Shown here: in pieces, positions 35,105-46,796 of the stretch
How positions within the stretch are numbered: position 1 is the first letter of the stretch
Layout: each line of letters starts with the position of its first letter
Source: Pseudogymnoascus verrucosus
Lineage: Eukaryota
Assembly (NCBI GenBank): GCA_001662655.1
Contig: KV460207.1
DNA length: 64,000 nt
Strand: one strand, 5' to 3'
The notes under the pieces: model-generated
Told to the model about the DNA's origin: nothing
The model's database searches: none
What the model saw: only the letters and a program-made list of their open reading frames with translations
Program-made: the position numbers and the translations under genes

Positions 35105-36943
35105 ACGTATTTCACAAGCGAGTGGCCCACACAAGCGAGTGGCCCACGAAAACACCAAAACGCGTCAACTTAACAGAAGTCAATATGACACAACCAACAC
35201 AAACCCAATCCTCTAATCAGGAGGGTAGAATACTATTGGCTATTAGTGCAATTAAACAAGGCCAGTTTCGTAGTGTTCGAGTAGCTGCAGCATCGTACGA
35301 TATACCTCGAACGACACTACGTCGACGAATTGAAGGAATGACTTCTAGACGCGACTCTACCCCTAGTTCGCAGAATTTGACTCCGTACGAAGAGTCAGCT
35401 CTCGTTCAATATATCCTCGACCTAGATTCACGTGGATTTCCGCCCCGGCCGCAAGCTGTACAAGAAATGGCTGACCTTCTACTCTCCGAACGAGGTGAGA
35501 GCCCTGTTGGGAAGAACTGGACTAGCAACTTCATTAAGCGTCGTACGGAAATCAAAGCAAAGTTTAGTCGGAAGTACGATTATAAACGAGCAAAATGTGA
35601 AGATCCAAAGATAATTGAAGGGTGGTTCTCCCTCGTACGAAACACAGTTGCAAAATACGGAATCTTAGAGCAGGATATCTATAACTTTGATGAAGCAGGT
35701 TTCGCAATGGGAGTTATTGCTACTGCAAAGGTAGTCACAAGCTTAGAAGCAAAGAGCCGTCCGAAGACTATACAGCCAGGGAATAGAGAGTGGGTGTCAA
35801 TTATCCAAGGTGTCAATTCGTACGGATGGGCACTCCCGCCGTTCATTATTTTTAAGGCGCAGAATCACCTCTCTACTTGGTACGAGGACTCAGAATTACC
35901 AGACGATTGGGTGATTACACTAAGTGAGAATGGGTGGACTTCAAATTCAATTGGGTACGAGTGGATTCAACACTTCGATCGATATACAAGCACTCGTACG
36001 ATCGGAACCTATCGCCTTCTTATTCTCGACGGACATGAGAGCCACCTCTCAGCTCAATTTCAGCACTACTGCACAGAACAGAAGATAATCACCCTCTGTA
36101 TGCTACCACACTCCTCACACATTCTTCAGCCGCTTGACGTGAGCTGCTTTGCTCCACTAAAGCTTTCGTACGGACGTCAGATTGAAACCTTCGTACGGAA
36201 CAGGCTCAACCATATTACGAAGCTTGAGTTTCTCTCTGCATTTAAAGAAGCATTCAAAGCTACATTTACAGAACAGAACATTAAGAGCGGATTCCGAGCT
36301 ACAGGGCTAGTTCCGTACGAGCCACAGAGTGTTCTCTCTTACTTAAATCTACGCTTAAGGACTCCAACCCCTCCGATAGTTAGGAGTGACAATTGGACTT
36401 CAAAGACTCCCCAAACTATAAGGGAGCTTAACTTTCAAACAGAGCACATTAAGAACCGCATCGTACGACATCAGAACAGCTCTCCTAGCTCAATTAATGA
36501 TGCTATTAGCTGCCTTGTTAAAGGGGCAGAAATAATGATGCATTCTGCTGTTCTACTAAAGGCAGAAGTTAAGGCTCTACAAGTAGCAAATGAACAGAAA
36601 AAGAGGAAGGAAAGGAAGCGTAAGAGACGTATAATGCAAGGGGGAAGCCTCTCCGTACGAGATGCAGAGGATATACTTCAGAGTGCTGAGGTTGATGCTC
36701 AAGTCCGAACGGAGGTGGCAAGTGAGAGTAGTCGGCAGGTGGGCTCTAAAGGCCGACAGAAGCGCTGTGGCCGATGTGAGAAAATAGGACATAATACCCG
36801 TACGTGCGAGAGGCGCCAGGAATCAATTACGATCGAATAATGGTTATTATGTAGGGTGGTAGTGTAGTAGTAGGTAGTAATAGTCAATTTTGGTGTTTTT
36901 GTGGGCCACTCGCTTGTGTGGGCCACTCGCTTGTGAAATACGT
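35105..36943 (+). mobile_element. Intact pogo/Fot1-like Tc1-mariner DNA transposon (1839 bp)
   Basis: 56-bp TIRs at 35105-35160 and 36888-36943 with one mismatch, each holding a 17-bp tandem CACAAGCGAGTGGCCCA. TA target duplication at 35103-35104 and 36944-36945. Confidence 0.97.
35185..36840 (+). CDS. pogo-family transposase (HTH_psq, CENP-B HTH, DDE_1, CCHC knuckle)
   Basis: Uninterrupted ORF with IPRTTLRRR, YNFDEAGF, LILDGHESH, QPLDVSCF and CGRCEKIGHNTRTC. Confidence 0.96.
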   Translation: MTQPTQTQSSNQEGRILLAISAIKQGQFRSVRVAAASYDIPRTTLRRRIEGMTSRRDSTPSSQNLTPYEESALVQYILDLDSRGFPPRPQAVQEMADLLLSERGESPVGKNWTSNFIKRRTEIKAKFSRKYDYKRAKCEDPKIIEGWFSLVRNTVAKYGILEQDIYNFDEAGFAMGVIATAKVVTSLEAKSRPKTIQPGNREWVSIIQGVNSYGWALPPFIIFKAQNHLSTWYEDSELPDDWVITLSENGWTSNSIGYEWIQHFDRYTSTRTIGTYRLLILDGHESHLSAQFQHYCTEQKIITLCMLPHSSHILQPLDVSCFAPLKLSYGRQIETFVRNRLNHITKLEFLSAFKEAFKATFTEQNIKSGFRATGLVPYEPQSVLSYLNLRLRTPTPPIVRSDNWTSKTPQTIRELNFQTEHIKNRIVRHQNSSPSSINDAISCLVKGAEIMMHSAVLLKAEVKALQVANEQKKRKERKRKRRIMQGGSLSVRDAEDILQSAEVDAQVRTEVASESSRQVGSKGRQKRCGRCEKIGHNTRTCERRQESITIE

Positions 36944-36945
36944 TA

Positions 36946-37080
36946 ATAAAAATCAATTAAAGCTCTTTAGGATCCTCTTTAGGAGAGGTCTCTACTATAA
37001 TCTAACATGTCTGTACATTATGCTTAGTCCTACTACACTTACTATAGCAACGTGTATAGGTTTCTTCCCTTAGCTTATAG
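36946..37080 (-). mobile_element. Continuation of the RIP-degraded pogo relic interrupted by the intact element
   Basis: Homologous to 34710-34832 (tctactataatctaaca..cattatg..tactacact..tttcttcccttagct). Confidence 0.75.
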
Positions 37081-37227
37081 AATTAGGGTAGAATACAAGA
37101 GGCTGATAGCGACAGCAATAATGCTAACGATGAAGCACCTGAATAGGGGCTCGCAGAAAGGGGGCTCGTGGAAAGGGATTTACTACTATCAAAAGCTTCA
37201 TTTTATATACTCTATTCAGCCTCATGC

Positions 37228-37307
37228 ATCCGGATATATACCCTACTCTACCCGTTAGATCGTCGCTGGGTATATACCCTACCCAGATATGTATCCGTCA
37301 AACACTG
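37228..37307. mobile_element. Solitary hAT-like transposon end
   Basis: Reads CAGTGTTTGACGGATAC on the minus strand from 37307, with a subterminal repeat TATATACCCTAC present twice. No partner end seen. Confidence 0.45.
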
Positions 37308-37623
37308 CGACTGGGGCCAACAGGAATAGGGGCTACACCCGAACAGGGGCTTGGCACCACCAGGGCGGCAGTGCCAATTTTACACCTTTTCCGAGTGGCC
37401 TAGGCCATTTACCAATGCATACATTAATAGGTGGACTAGGCTATTGGCGAATAGCGTAGACCATTCATGAATGTGATTCATTGGCGACTGGACCAGAACA
37501 TATAATTGACATTGTTTCATGTTGTAATTAACTATAGTCGTGAATATTTAAATATTCATGATTAACTCGATTTCTTGTGCTAAACCTTGATATGAAGGGT
37601 TTAGATGTGATTACAAAACCAAT

Positions 37624-39390
37624 TTACAAAGTATATCGAAATAGGGGACTATAGTCACCCATATCTAGCAGCTCTTGCTCTGAATATTTGGCTCTGATAT
37701 CGTCGATACTCATGCTGTCACGTTTCTTGTTGATGCGGTTTAAAGTAACTTTGAGGATAACTGCCGAAGCCAGCCCAGTGAGGATAATTGCCAGAGAAAA
37801 GCCGTAACCGGTCCAGTAATGCGGGGCTTCCTTCGCTAGGTAAATGTTGGAGCCGATGGCTCCACCCAAATTTCCAATGGATATCTGAATAGCCATGCCA
37901 ACTGATCGTTTCCATGTTCCTGCAAGATTGTTTGCTGGTGAATTTGGTTAGTGTAGGAGCACCAATTTGGGATTGTTGGGCATTGCTTACCATTCCATGA
38001 GATAACGCCACAGATTGTTGGGTATAGTCCCCCGGCTACGACAAAAAGCATGCCATATGTCGCACCAGGCCACCCAGGATGTGGGAGAGCCAAAAGGCCA
38101 ATATAACCAATTGCTGCAATAATGAATGGGTATATGATGAAGTTTGACCGGTTTTTATACCGATCAGACAGGAAAGCAGCAGAAACGGTGGCAATGAGAG
38201 CGAAAGCGTAGACTGGAATCGTTAGAAGTTGTGCATTTGATGCGCTGTAGCCCAATTCCTTAATAACTGATGGAAGAGTGTATATGAATCTATAAAATTG
38301 TCAGAATGTTTCCGAAATACAAATAAAAAGCAAAAGAACTATCGCACCCATAAGTACATATTGAATTTCCCCAGTAGATCAGGACTGAAAGATATATTTT
38401 CCAGTCCGTCAACGCCGCTATTACGTATCTCATCTGGAATGTCTCCGCAGTTTGCAAACGGCCGCTGCCTCCGCTATCATTTTCGAGCCTCTGAGATAGG
38501 AATGTTTTTTCTTCCATGGACAAAAACTTGGCACTGGCAGGTCCATTTGGTAGAAGGAAAGGGCATGCCATGCCAACAATCACAGTGCACAGGCCCTCAA
38601 GGATGAGAATCCTGTAAAACGTTAGCATTTAGTTATGGTTAGCAAATTCAAACTTACCATCGCCAACCTGCGAGGTTGCCGACGCCGTCCATCTTCTGTA
38701 TTGCGAAGGCCAAGAGACCAGAGAAAGCCCCTGCCATAGAACCAGCAGAGAAGAAGATGGCAAGCCTTCCTTGCATCTCATATCTGCGGTACCAGCAGGT
38801 GAGAAGGTAAGTCGCGGCAGGGAAAAAGCCAGCCTGGCAACTTGTCAGTTACGCTTGAGGTAGAAGGTATCTATAAATACCTCAGTCACACCAAGAAAGA
38901 ACCTTGCAGCAAGCAGCCCACTATAATTTTGAACCAGACCCATCAAAGTCATTGTCGTTCCCCAAGCGAGGATAAGTATTGTAAGCCAAAGATTTGGTCG
39001 GAGCATTTTGAGCACAATATTGCTAGGAACCTCAAAGGCAGCATAAGGAAAAAAGAATATTGTTAAGCACATATTCCACTGAGCATTGCTCAGCCCCACA
39101 TCTGTTTGCATGCCTAGAGTTCGTGCATTTCCAACTGGTGTCATGTTAGCTAGAGAAGTTTAGAGCCTGTAGCTTGCATGGAGAGGCGAACCATTGCCTC
39201 TATCAAGAAAGGACAAGAGATACAACAAAGTCAAAACTGGAAGGAGCCGCTTGTCCACTTTTCTCAAGATCAATTTGGTTTCAGCTTCGTCGTGAACAAT
39301 GGGAGGCAGGACATCGCTGCCTCCTTTTTCCTTGTCAACTTGGCCGCATTCGAGACTGTCAACTGCCGTAGATTTTCTTTCATCGTCCAT
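37624..39390 (-). CDS. MFS anion:cation symporter (Dal5/Tna1 family), six exons
   Basis: LSFLDRGNVGNA, FEVPSN, RFFLGVTEAGFFP, AFSGLLAFAI, LAGWRWILILEG, AQLLTIP, GNLGG and D.SPLFRYTL. The frame is intact after splicing. Confidence 0.93.
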
Positions 39391-42300
39391 GTTAGCTGTG
39401 ATAAAGGAAACCGGTAGAGGAGGTGGTTCCAGCGCATGAAATTCTTCTTGCAGAATATCCTTTTGTAATTTTTAAAGGCACTGATTGTCTTTTTATATTC
39501 TGATTTCAGACCAGCTGTAGGTCTCTTCAAGTTAGCCAGTAGCATCCCTAGGCCGAGTACGAACCCCGCATTCCCAGTTCCGTGGGAGAAACCTAGCGAT
39601 CATTATTGGCCGCGGCTACATTACCCCAAAGTGCTACATAATGCGGGGAAACAGGGGAAAGGCGGAGAGAAAAGTGGGTCAAATTACCAACGATATAATT
39701 AAGTTACCGACAGTCCAATCACCACTGGAAAGCAGGAGATCAGCACATGGCTGCATCCTACCCTGTGATTACCACAGAGCCGGAGCTACCAGAGGAGTGG
39801 TCACGGCAGGATTAGAATCCTGTGCCGATGTAAGTTACTTGAACAAACCTCTAGGATGAGGGTGGTAGTCATGATCAATATTCAGCAGACATCTTGCTTG
39901 GTATCGCTCTTAGTTGAGAAGATAATTCCACAAAAACTAGAAGTAACTTAACGTATAGCCACATAAGCGAAGCTACGGAGCTCGCTTTATGGTGCACTTT
40001 CATAGTGCCACATTGAATTGTCAATAATGATCGCATCCCCGCTCTCCCGAAGAATTTGGGGTTGTGGAGAAAATCGGTTGTATGAGCATTAAGCTTGCCC
40101 CACCTTCTAGGTGATGAAAGCAGGCATGTTCCGAACTTTGCGGGTATAAACGGCTATATGGAATGTCGAGGTTTCCCAGCATTCTGTCAACCCCACAATG
40201 TGGACATTGCCATGAACCGCTGGTAAGTTAGTGTTGAACATTGCTTTCAGAGATTAGCAGTCGTGGCTTCCGTTCGAGTTACGGAGCACAATATTATGAA
40301 CTGCCCTGCGCATCACGTCCAACGAAGCTGCGAGGGGGGCAACGAAGTACATTTCTACCAGTGGTACATTGTGTCGCAATCGAAAAGTGAATTCAAGGCC
40401 ACAACTATGAAACTATTTGTAGATTGTGTCTTGCGATGTCGCATCTACTGACAACCCGACATTTTGTTTAGTGCGACGGGCAAGATCCCTCATGCTCCAA
40501 CTGCATGCTTTACAAATAAGAGCCTAAATATAGCAGGCTAAGGGCCGCGCTTGGGAATATTCCACGCTATGCCTATTAGCACGATTGAGAGCATCAATCC
40601 ACTGAATTACAAGCTTGTGTATGGCAGAGCGGACGGGATGCCCAATTGTCTTGAGTCTATGGTCGTATGTAATTGTTATGCATGTGTCGAGGACTAAATA
40701 CTGCCATGCTTGCTGTGCTGTGTTGTTATCGGATGGGAGGATGATGGGGGTTGGCGTGAGAGGAAGTGGACTGCGCTTTGTTTCGATGTGGAAAGGGAGG
40801 GTGGGAGAGGAGGAGGGAGATGCAGTGGGTTGAAGGGAGGAAAAGGAGGGTAGGGAGGGGTTATATATTAAACCTGCCCCAGCAGAACGCTAATAGAGAA
40901 GCGAACAAGACACTAGGATAGGTACATTTGCAGGTTAGTTAGGCGCGTGGTGCTATGTTAGACTAGCGGGGGTAAGTGCGGTTGTAGATTAACCTATGTT
41001 TAGCTATAGAAGGAGGGAAGGGGAGTGCTATCATAGTGTTGTTGTCGTTAATACTACTCCTGTAGTCACTAGGCTGTTGTCGTTGTGATATACTCCTATC
41101 ACCACGCTACTGTCATCATAGTATACTCCTCTCACCACTACCATCTACATACCATCGAGCGAGCTTGCAGTTTCTATAGAACCAAGTGGCTCTAACGAGG
41201 AGATTAAGGACTGTCACCGGGTTCAGCCTGTTTTTAGAGTTAGACATCATATTTAATTTTGTCTCTCCGACTCAGCGACGGACTGTGTGGGTTGTATTTA
41301 TAGAATCCTGATACGTGAAGTTTAGCGGGGGGGAAAGAGATGGTTTTGTCAGCACCCGGTAGCTCGCTGATGAGTGGGTGAAGGGCGGTATGTTTGGTTG
41401 GGTTGGATGGGGGTTATATAAAACTCAAGCCGCGCAGAGAATTGACGTAGCAGCGCATCGATGCTGGAACATACAATCCCAAGTGGTTCTGTGGTGACTT
41501 CGTGAGGTGCTGTGTTGGACAGAGGGTGATGGGGGATGTGGTGGATAGGGGTTTGTTCGGGTTCAGGGGCTGAAGACGCAGTCACTACTGCTATTGTCTT
41601 GAATGGCATCGAACGTGCTCGCTGTTTCTATGAAACGAAGGGGTTGCTAGGAATAGCTTGAGGACCGTTCCCGGGTCCAGTCTTTTTTTTTGGCGCATGT
41701 TAGGTGGCTTTGACTGGGCTCCTGGCTATGTGAGGGTGATATATATACCATTTTTCCATGCATAGTTGGGGCTGCTATGTTTATCTCTCATCCCTTACCG
41801 AAAGAGGTCGGCGACGGGGAAGAAAGGGAAGAAACATCTCCTCCTCCTTCCCCTTCTTCTCCCTCCAGTAGGCACAAGGGAGAGGTTTAGTTTACAGTAG
41901 CTCATCTGCGTAGCCTCGTCGCAATAAGGAACCAGACACCCGAAGTCCGCCCAGCTCGTCTTGTATGTACGCCTTGGCAAACCGAGATGGCGGTGCTAGA
42001 TCGAACCCATTCTTTTATTTTATTTTAAAAAAAGGCAGACGGTGACGACAATAATTACAAATTCCAGCTGAACTCACCCCCAGCCTCGTCGCAGCCGGTC
42101 TCGCACTTGGAATGCAGAGGACAACAGCCCTGACCTCGGTCTTCCCGATAACCATCCCCGTACCAGGATAAAACCAACACGAACCCACCCAAAGGGGTCC
42201 AACACATCTTTTAAAACATCGACTTGCATAACCCAACCCAGCGCATCGCCGCGCCACCCCAACCACGCCATAAGTCAACGAATCATATGTTCATATTCTA

Positions 42301-42738
42301 TAGGACACTTCTCGGCCTAGGGGATGTATGCGAATCCGGCCAACAGCACCGAGTCGACTGAACGTCGCCCGCCAGATTACCGCCGGCTAGGACTAATTAG
42401 GAGCTCCCCGCACAGGAGCGCTTCAGCAGAAGCACGCATACTCCCGCACGGAAGCGGTCTCGTGTTGCACACCCAGGGGATGTATGCAGCGGCAGGGTGA
42501 TTGTAGCAGGCATTACTTCCTTTTTGTTGGACTCGATGATCATGGCTGGGGGTCTGAGGGCGTGCAGACACCCCACCATTCCGTCATGGGCTGTCCATCG
42601 TGTGGAGGAGCAGGTATAGAAGGGGGCCTTATACCCTGAGATTGACTGCAATGTTAATTGTCTCGTCGAGAACTGCGCGAAGCCTGTGGAGTGTAGATTA
42701 CCCAGTTCCTACGATTGTCCGATATCCCATCCGTCGAT

Positions 42739-45286
42739 ATGGTTAACCCACCTCTATCCGGTACGGGTGGCATCTATCTCGGGAACCAGATCCTCTCTCC
42801 CTTCGACCAACCCGGCCCCGTAACTCGTTCTAGGTCTCGGTCGCGCAATGAGACTTTACTCACTGGAACCGACGACAAAACCCCCCATCGTCTACCTTTC
42901 AGCTCAATTGATTCAAACTCCTGCGCCTCTAGCTCTAGCACCACCTCCTCGGCCCGCTCCGACACATCCGGTTACAACCAGGGCCGCGAGGGGACACCGA
43001 TTACGCCCCCATCAGATTATGGTGAGGATGTGAAAGGTCTTGAAGCACCGTCATATGCTGCCGATTCGAGGGGGGTTCCGACATTCTTGTTGCCCCGCAG
43101 AGGCTTGATTTGGGATAGCTCTGGCGACTCCAATCGTTCGAGAGAGGTCCCGCGCCCTTCGACGCCGCAGTCTACAGAAGAGGATGAGGATCCATGGTAT
43201 ATTGGATCTACGAGCGCTGTTACCCAAGGACTTGGTTTTGTGGAGAAACACGACGAATCGCCGACCGTACGGAGAGTGAGGACGTTTAATCTCAAGAAGC
43301 TAGCCGACGCAGCTAAGGCGGCTAAATCTGCCGAAGCTGCCGAAGCAGCTGAAGAAGCCGGAGAAATTGACGAAGATGAACGCATTGCTGGTATTTCCGA
43401 GGCTCTCGGAGCGTTATGTTTAGATAGCGAGAACAACAACACGGAATCCACAGAAGAACCCGAAGGAATCGATGAGGCGGTCCAAGAACCCAAGGAAACC
43501 GAGGAAGCCGTAGTCAGTGGCGCTTCCCACGGACCCCAGCCGGAACAGCAACAGCAAACATCCTTTGTCGCGGTAGACTCTTCTTCTTCATCAGGGGAGG
43601 ATAGGGTGTCCAGCTTTCCTAATTCCGAAACAGCAGTGCTTCCTAGAGAAGTTGACGAGCAATTAGATATTGCTATCACGCTAACTACTAGGTCCCTAAT
43701 GCCTACTTTGATTCCTAATAACACTATAGAGTTAGCTTTAGACGATGGGCTAGATGCTATAGCTAGCTTAGACGTTAATTAACAGGCTGATCTTAACGAG
43801 GGGTTAGGCTCTATGTCCGTTAAGGCTATAACGCTACTGTAGGATCCGTAGAATAGGGAGTCTAGGAGATCCCTAAAAGTAAAAGAGAATGTAGTAGTAA
43901 ATGAACTAGCGGTAGAGAAAGCAGTAGTGAAAGAAGCAAGAGAGAAGGAAATAGCAGCAAGGAAGGAAGCAAGAGAGAAAGCAGTAGCAGCGAAAAAGGA
44001 AGCAAAAGAGAAAGAAGTAGCAGCGAAGAAGGAGGAAAGAGAGAAGGTAGTAGCGGCGAATAAGGAGGAAAGAGAGAAGGTAGCAGTAGCGAAGAAGGAA
44101 GCAATAGAGAAAGTAGTAGCAGTAAAGAAGGAAGAAAAGAGAAGGCAGCAGCAGCAAATAAAGAGGAAAGAGAGAATGTAGCAGAGGCGAATAAGGAAGC
44201 AAGAGAGAAGGAAACAGCAGCTAATAAGGAAGTAACATTAATTAAAACTACTGCTACAACTGCTATAGGGGTAGATCCTACCTCTACTAGCAAGTCGTTA
44301 TAGAGTTTGCGAAAGAAGAAAGAAGTAACGTAGAAGGCATTAAGAGCGAATGCTCTTAGTACGCTAGATGTAGAGGAGGGTTCTACTTCTACTAGCGAGA
44401 CTACATCGTCGTAGAGTTTACAGAAGGGGCAAGAAGCGGAATAGGAGGCACTGACGGTGCTAGCACTAACCTTCTTTGCCTATAATGAGTGAAAACTCAC
44501 TAGGGGAGAAATACGTGAAAGCATAATGGAGATTGTTAAAAATAACAAAACGAAATCCTAAGATGAGGGCTACTTGTACATCTACAGGTCCCCAAAGTGC
44601 CCTAATTATGTTAAGATTAGCAGGACAAAAAAACGCCCCTCGAGCGAATAGACTAATGGGGAAAGTGCAAGCTCCCAATCGCACGCGTACAAGACGACAA
44701 GAGTATTTCCTTCTAGCACGCCCGACTGGCCGAGAACCTGATTAAGAAGGAATTGCATAACGTCCGTCGCAAATACACCTGCCACAAGTGCGAGAGGCCA
44801 AAACCAAGCCCTCCCCGACAGGGAGAGGAAGCAACTGCGAAGATGGTGGATCACGAAGAATGGTATCAGATTAGCGAGGAGAGGGCGTTGACCATAGTAC
44901 ACAGATGGAGAGACTGTCTTGTAAGCGATAGCCCTTATGATGAGGACAGCAGTTTACGTCCGAGCTAGAAATTAAAGCTTGACCACATCTCAAAACAGAT
45001 TATAGCAGATGAAGAAAAGTTCGTAGCAGCATTAACTCGGTCATTACAGGCAAAGGAGAAAATACTATACTTCTGTAGGCACAGCGAAAAGAAGGTAAAT
45101 GACGAGTTGCTGAAGATTCGAGCTTTCATATTGGCCCTCCTAGAGACCGCTAAGATAGGTGTTGACCTATATTGCAGCGTTATTCTGTTCGTCGCAGCCT
45201 TTTTTATATGGTCCTGGATGAACGCAAATTATGCCGCTTCCTTTCTCATTTTGAGTATTTCGCGTTGGTTGTATAAATCCTCTTAG
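42739..45286 (+). pseudogene. T5orf172/DUF1766 (GIY-YIG-like, Mug113-type) domain gene, RIP-damaged
   Basis: Low-complexity N-terminus and 11-aa repeats, then GYLYIY..YVKI(S)RT..RID*WGKC..AENLIKKELHNVR..CHKC..HEEWYQI..RWRD..PYD..LRPS*, then a hydrophobic C-terminus. TAG/TAA stops begin at 43780 and there is a frameshift near 44635. Confidence 0.85.
43900..44235 (+). repeat. 33-bp coding minisatellite (KEAREKEIAAR-type 11-aa units, at least six copies)
   Basis: KEAREKEIAAR KEAREKAVAAK KEAKEKEVAAK KEEREKVVAAN KEEREKVAVAK KEAIEKVVAVK. Confidence 0.85.
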
Positions 45287-46027
45287 AACAATACGACATA
45301 ACGAATTATATACTTTGTTCACATTGGGTGCGCTCTTAGTCGTAACGAGGGATTTGGACGGGGTTAGTCGCAGTAAAGAAAGCAGCGGCGAAGGAAGCAG
45401 CGGCGGAGAAAGTATCGCTCGGCGTTTTGTATGAATTTAGGGTTTTCTACTTGGGTGGCACCAACATCACGGACCACAATCACGTGGTGCTGGTCATGGA
45501 GCCATTAATGTTGGGGAAAACGGACATTCCCGTGGGATACGGTGGGTTTTTACACCCAAAATGACGGTTTATCCCCGTGGGACCGTCCAGCTCCTTGGTT
45601 GGTTTACGGGTGAACTAGTGGCGCCATACTATTGCCACTGATCCAACACCAGCTGAAGCCCGGAAAGCTCTGCTTGTCAGGGCTTTGGGGGTTCCCCCGA
45701 GGTCTACAAATAGCGTACGTAGGCCCGTAGATTAGGTAGTAATTCGTTTGATCTATATACTCTATTTTACTGTATTCTACTGTGAAGCTTCTGCTCCGTT
45801 GCCCGAAGGATTTGATTACGGTTGTCGGAGATTATCACACAAAATTGTGTGTGGTTCCCCGTATTCCGGAATTACCTCCAACAATTATTGCATCAGCTCT
45901 TCCAGTAACACCCGCAGTTATCTATCTGGATACATACCACGGTAATTTGTTCATCTTTCATTCCAAAGCCCAGTTTACATACTGCCGGACCGTCTTGATA
46001 ACAAGTAGAGCTTCGCAGCCCTACTTC

Positions 46028-46785
46028 ATGTCGTCATCACTAGAATCTGGGCCCCTTCAGCCCTTAGTAGGCGAAAGACGTGACCATAGGAATTCACATC
46101 ACCCAGAACAGCAGTCCGCATTTGATAGTTGGCGACGTCTCACCCGAGCCTTGCTCTCTTCTCGATGGGGCCATTACATCGTGCTTTTACTGGTCTCGGT
46201 GGATGTCGGCTGCATTTTTGCAGGTGATCTAATTGAACTTCATGTCTGTGAGCTGAAGCTGAAATATCATCACGTTGATCCGGGCTGGGGAGTTGCTCGG
46301 AATGTCTTGGATTTGGTTGGCCTAGTTTTTTCGTGTCTGTTCATGGTTGAATTAGTTACGTCGATCATAAGCTTTGGGACTAGGTACGTTTTTCTTCTAC
46401 TCCTTTATTTTGATAACTACTTCGTTCCATAACTGCCATCCATAAACCATGTCACAGAATCTAAGCACATACCCTAATTTATTTTTCCCATCTTAAATCA
46501 CTTAGCTTTTGAAGTCCGGCTAGTTCTAACGCTGATAGTTACTTTTTATCCAAATTCCGCATTTTCGATTCTCTAGTGATTCTAGTGGCCTTCATTATTG
46601 ACGTCTTCCTCCATGGACGCCTAGAGGAACTAGGATCTATCGTCATTGTCCTCCGTCTGTGGCGTGTGTTCCAGATTATCGAAGAATTGAGGTCTGTTGT
46701 TGAAGACAACCTAGAAAAATGCGAAAATGAAATATACAGGCTACGACAGGAAAATATCAGTCTGAGGCAGAGGCTGAATCTTTGA
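46028..46785 (+). CDS. Voltage-gated proton channel Hv1-like protein
   Basis: Four TM segments: S1 HYIVLLLVSVDV with the filter Asp, S2 FMVEL, S3 FD..D and S4 LRLWRVFQII, followed by a C-terminal coiled coil. Intron 46384-46538. Confidence 0.88.
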
Positions 46786-46796
46786 TTTTGAATCAG

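Noticed and set aside
35105..35160. 17-bp direct repeats as a CRISPR-like array
   Set aside because: There are no spacers, the repeats are internal to transposon TIRs, and the context is eukaryotic.
35122..35184. ORF-track start of the transposase at 35122
   Set aside because: It is a GTG inside the TIR. The first ATG is at 35185.
43862..44293. Leu/Ser-rich minus-strand ORF as a membrane protein
   Set aside because: It is the antisense reading of the KEA coding minisatellite.
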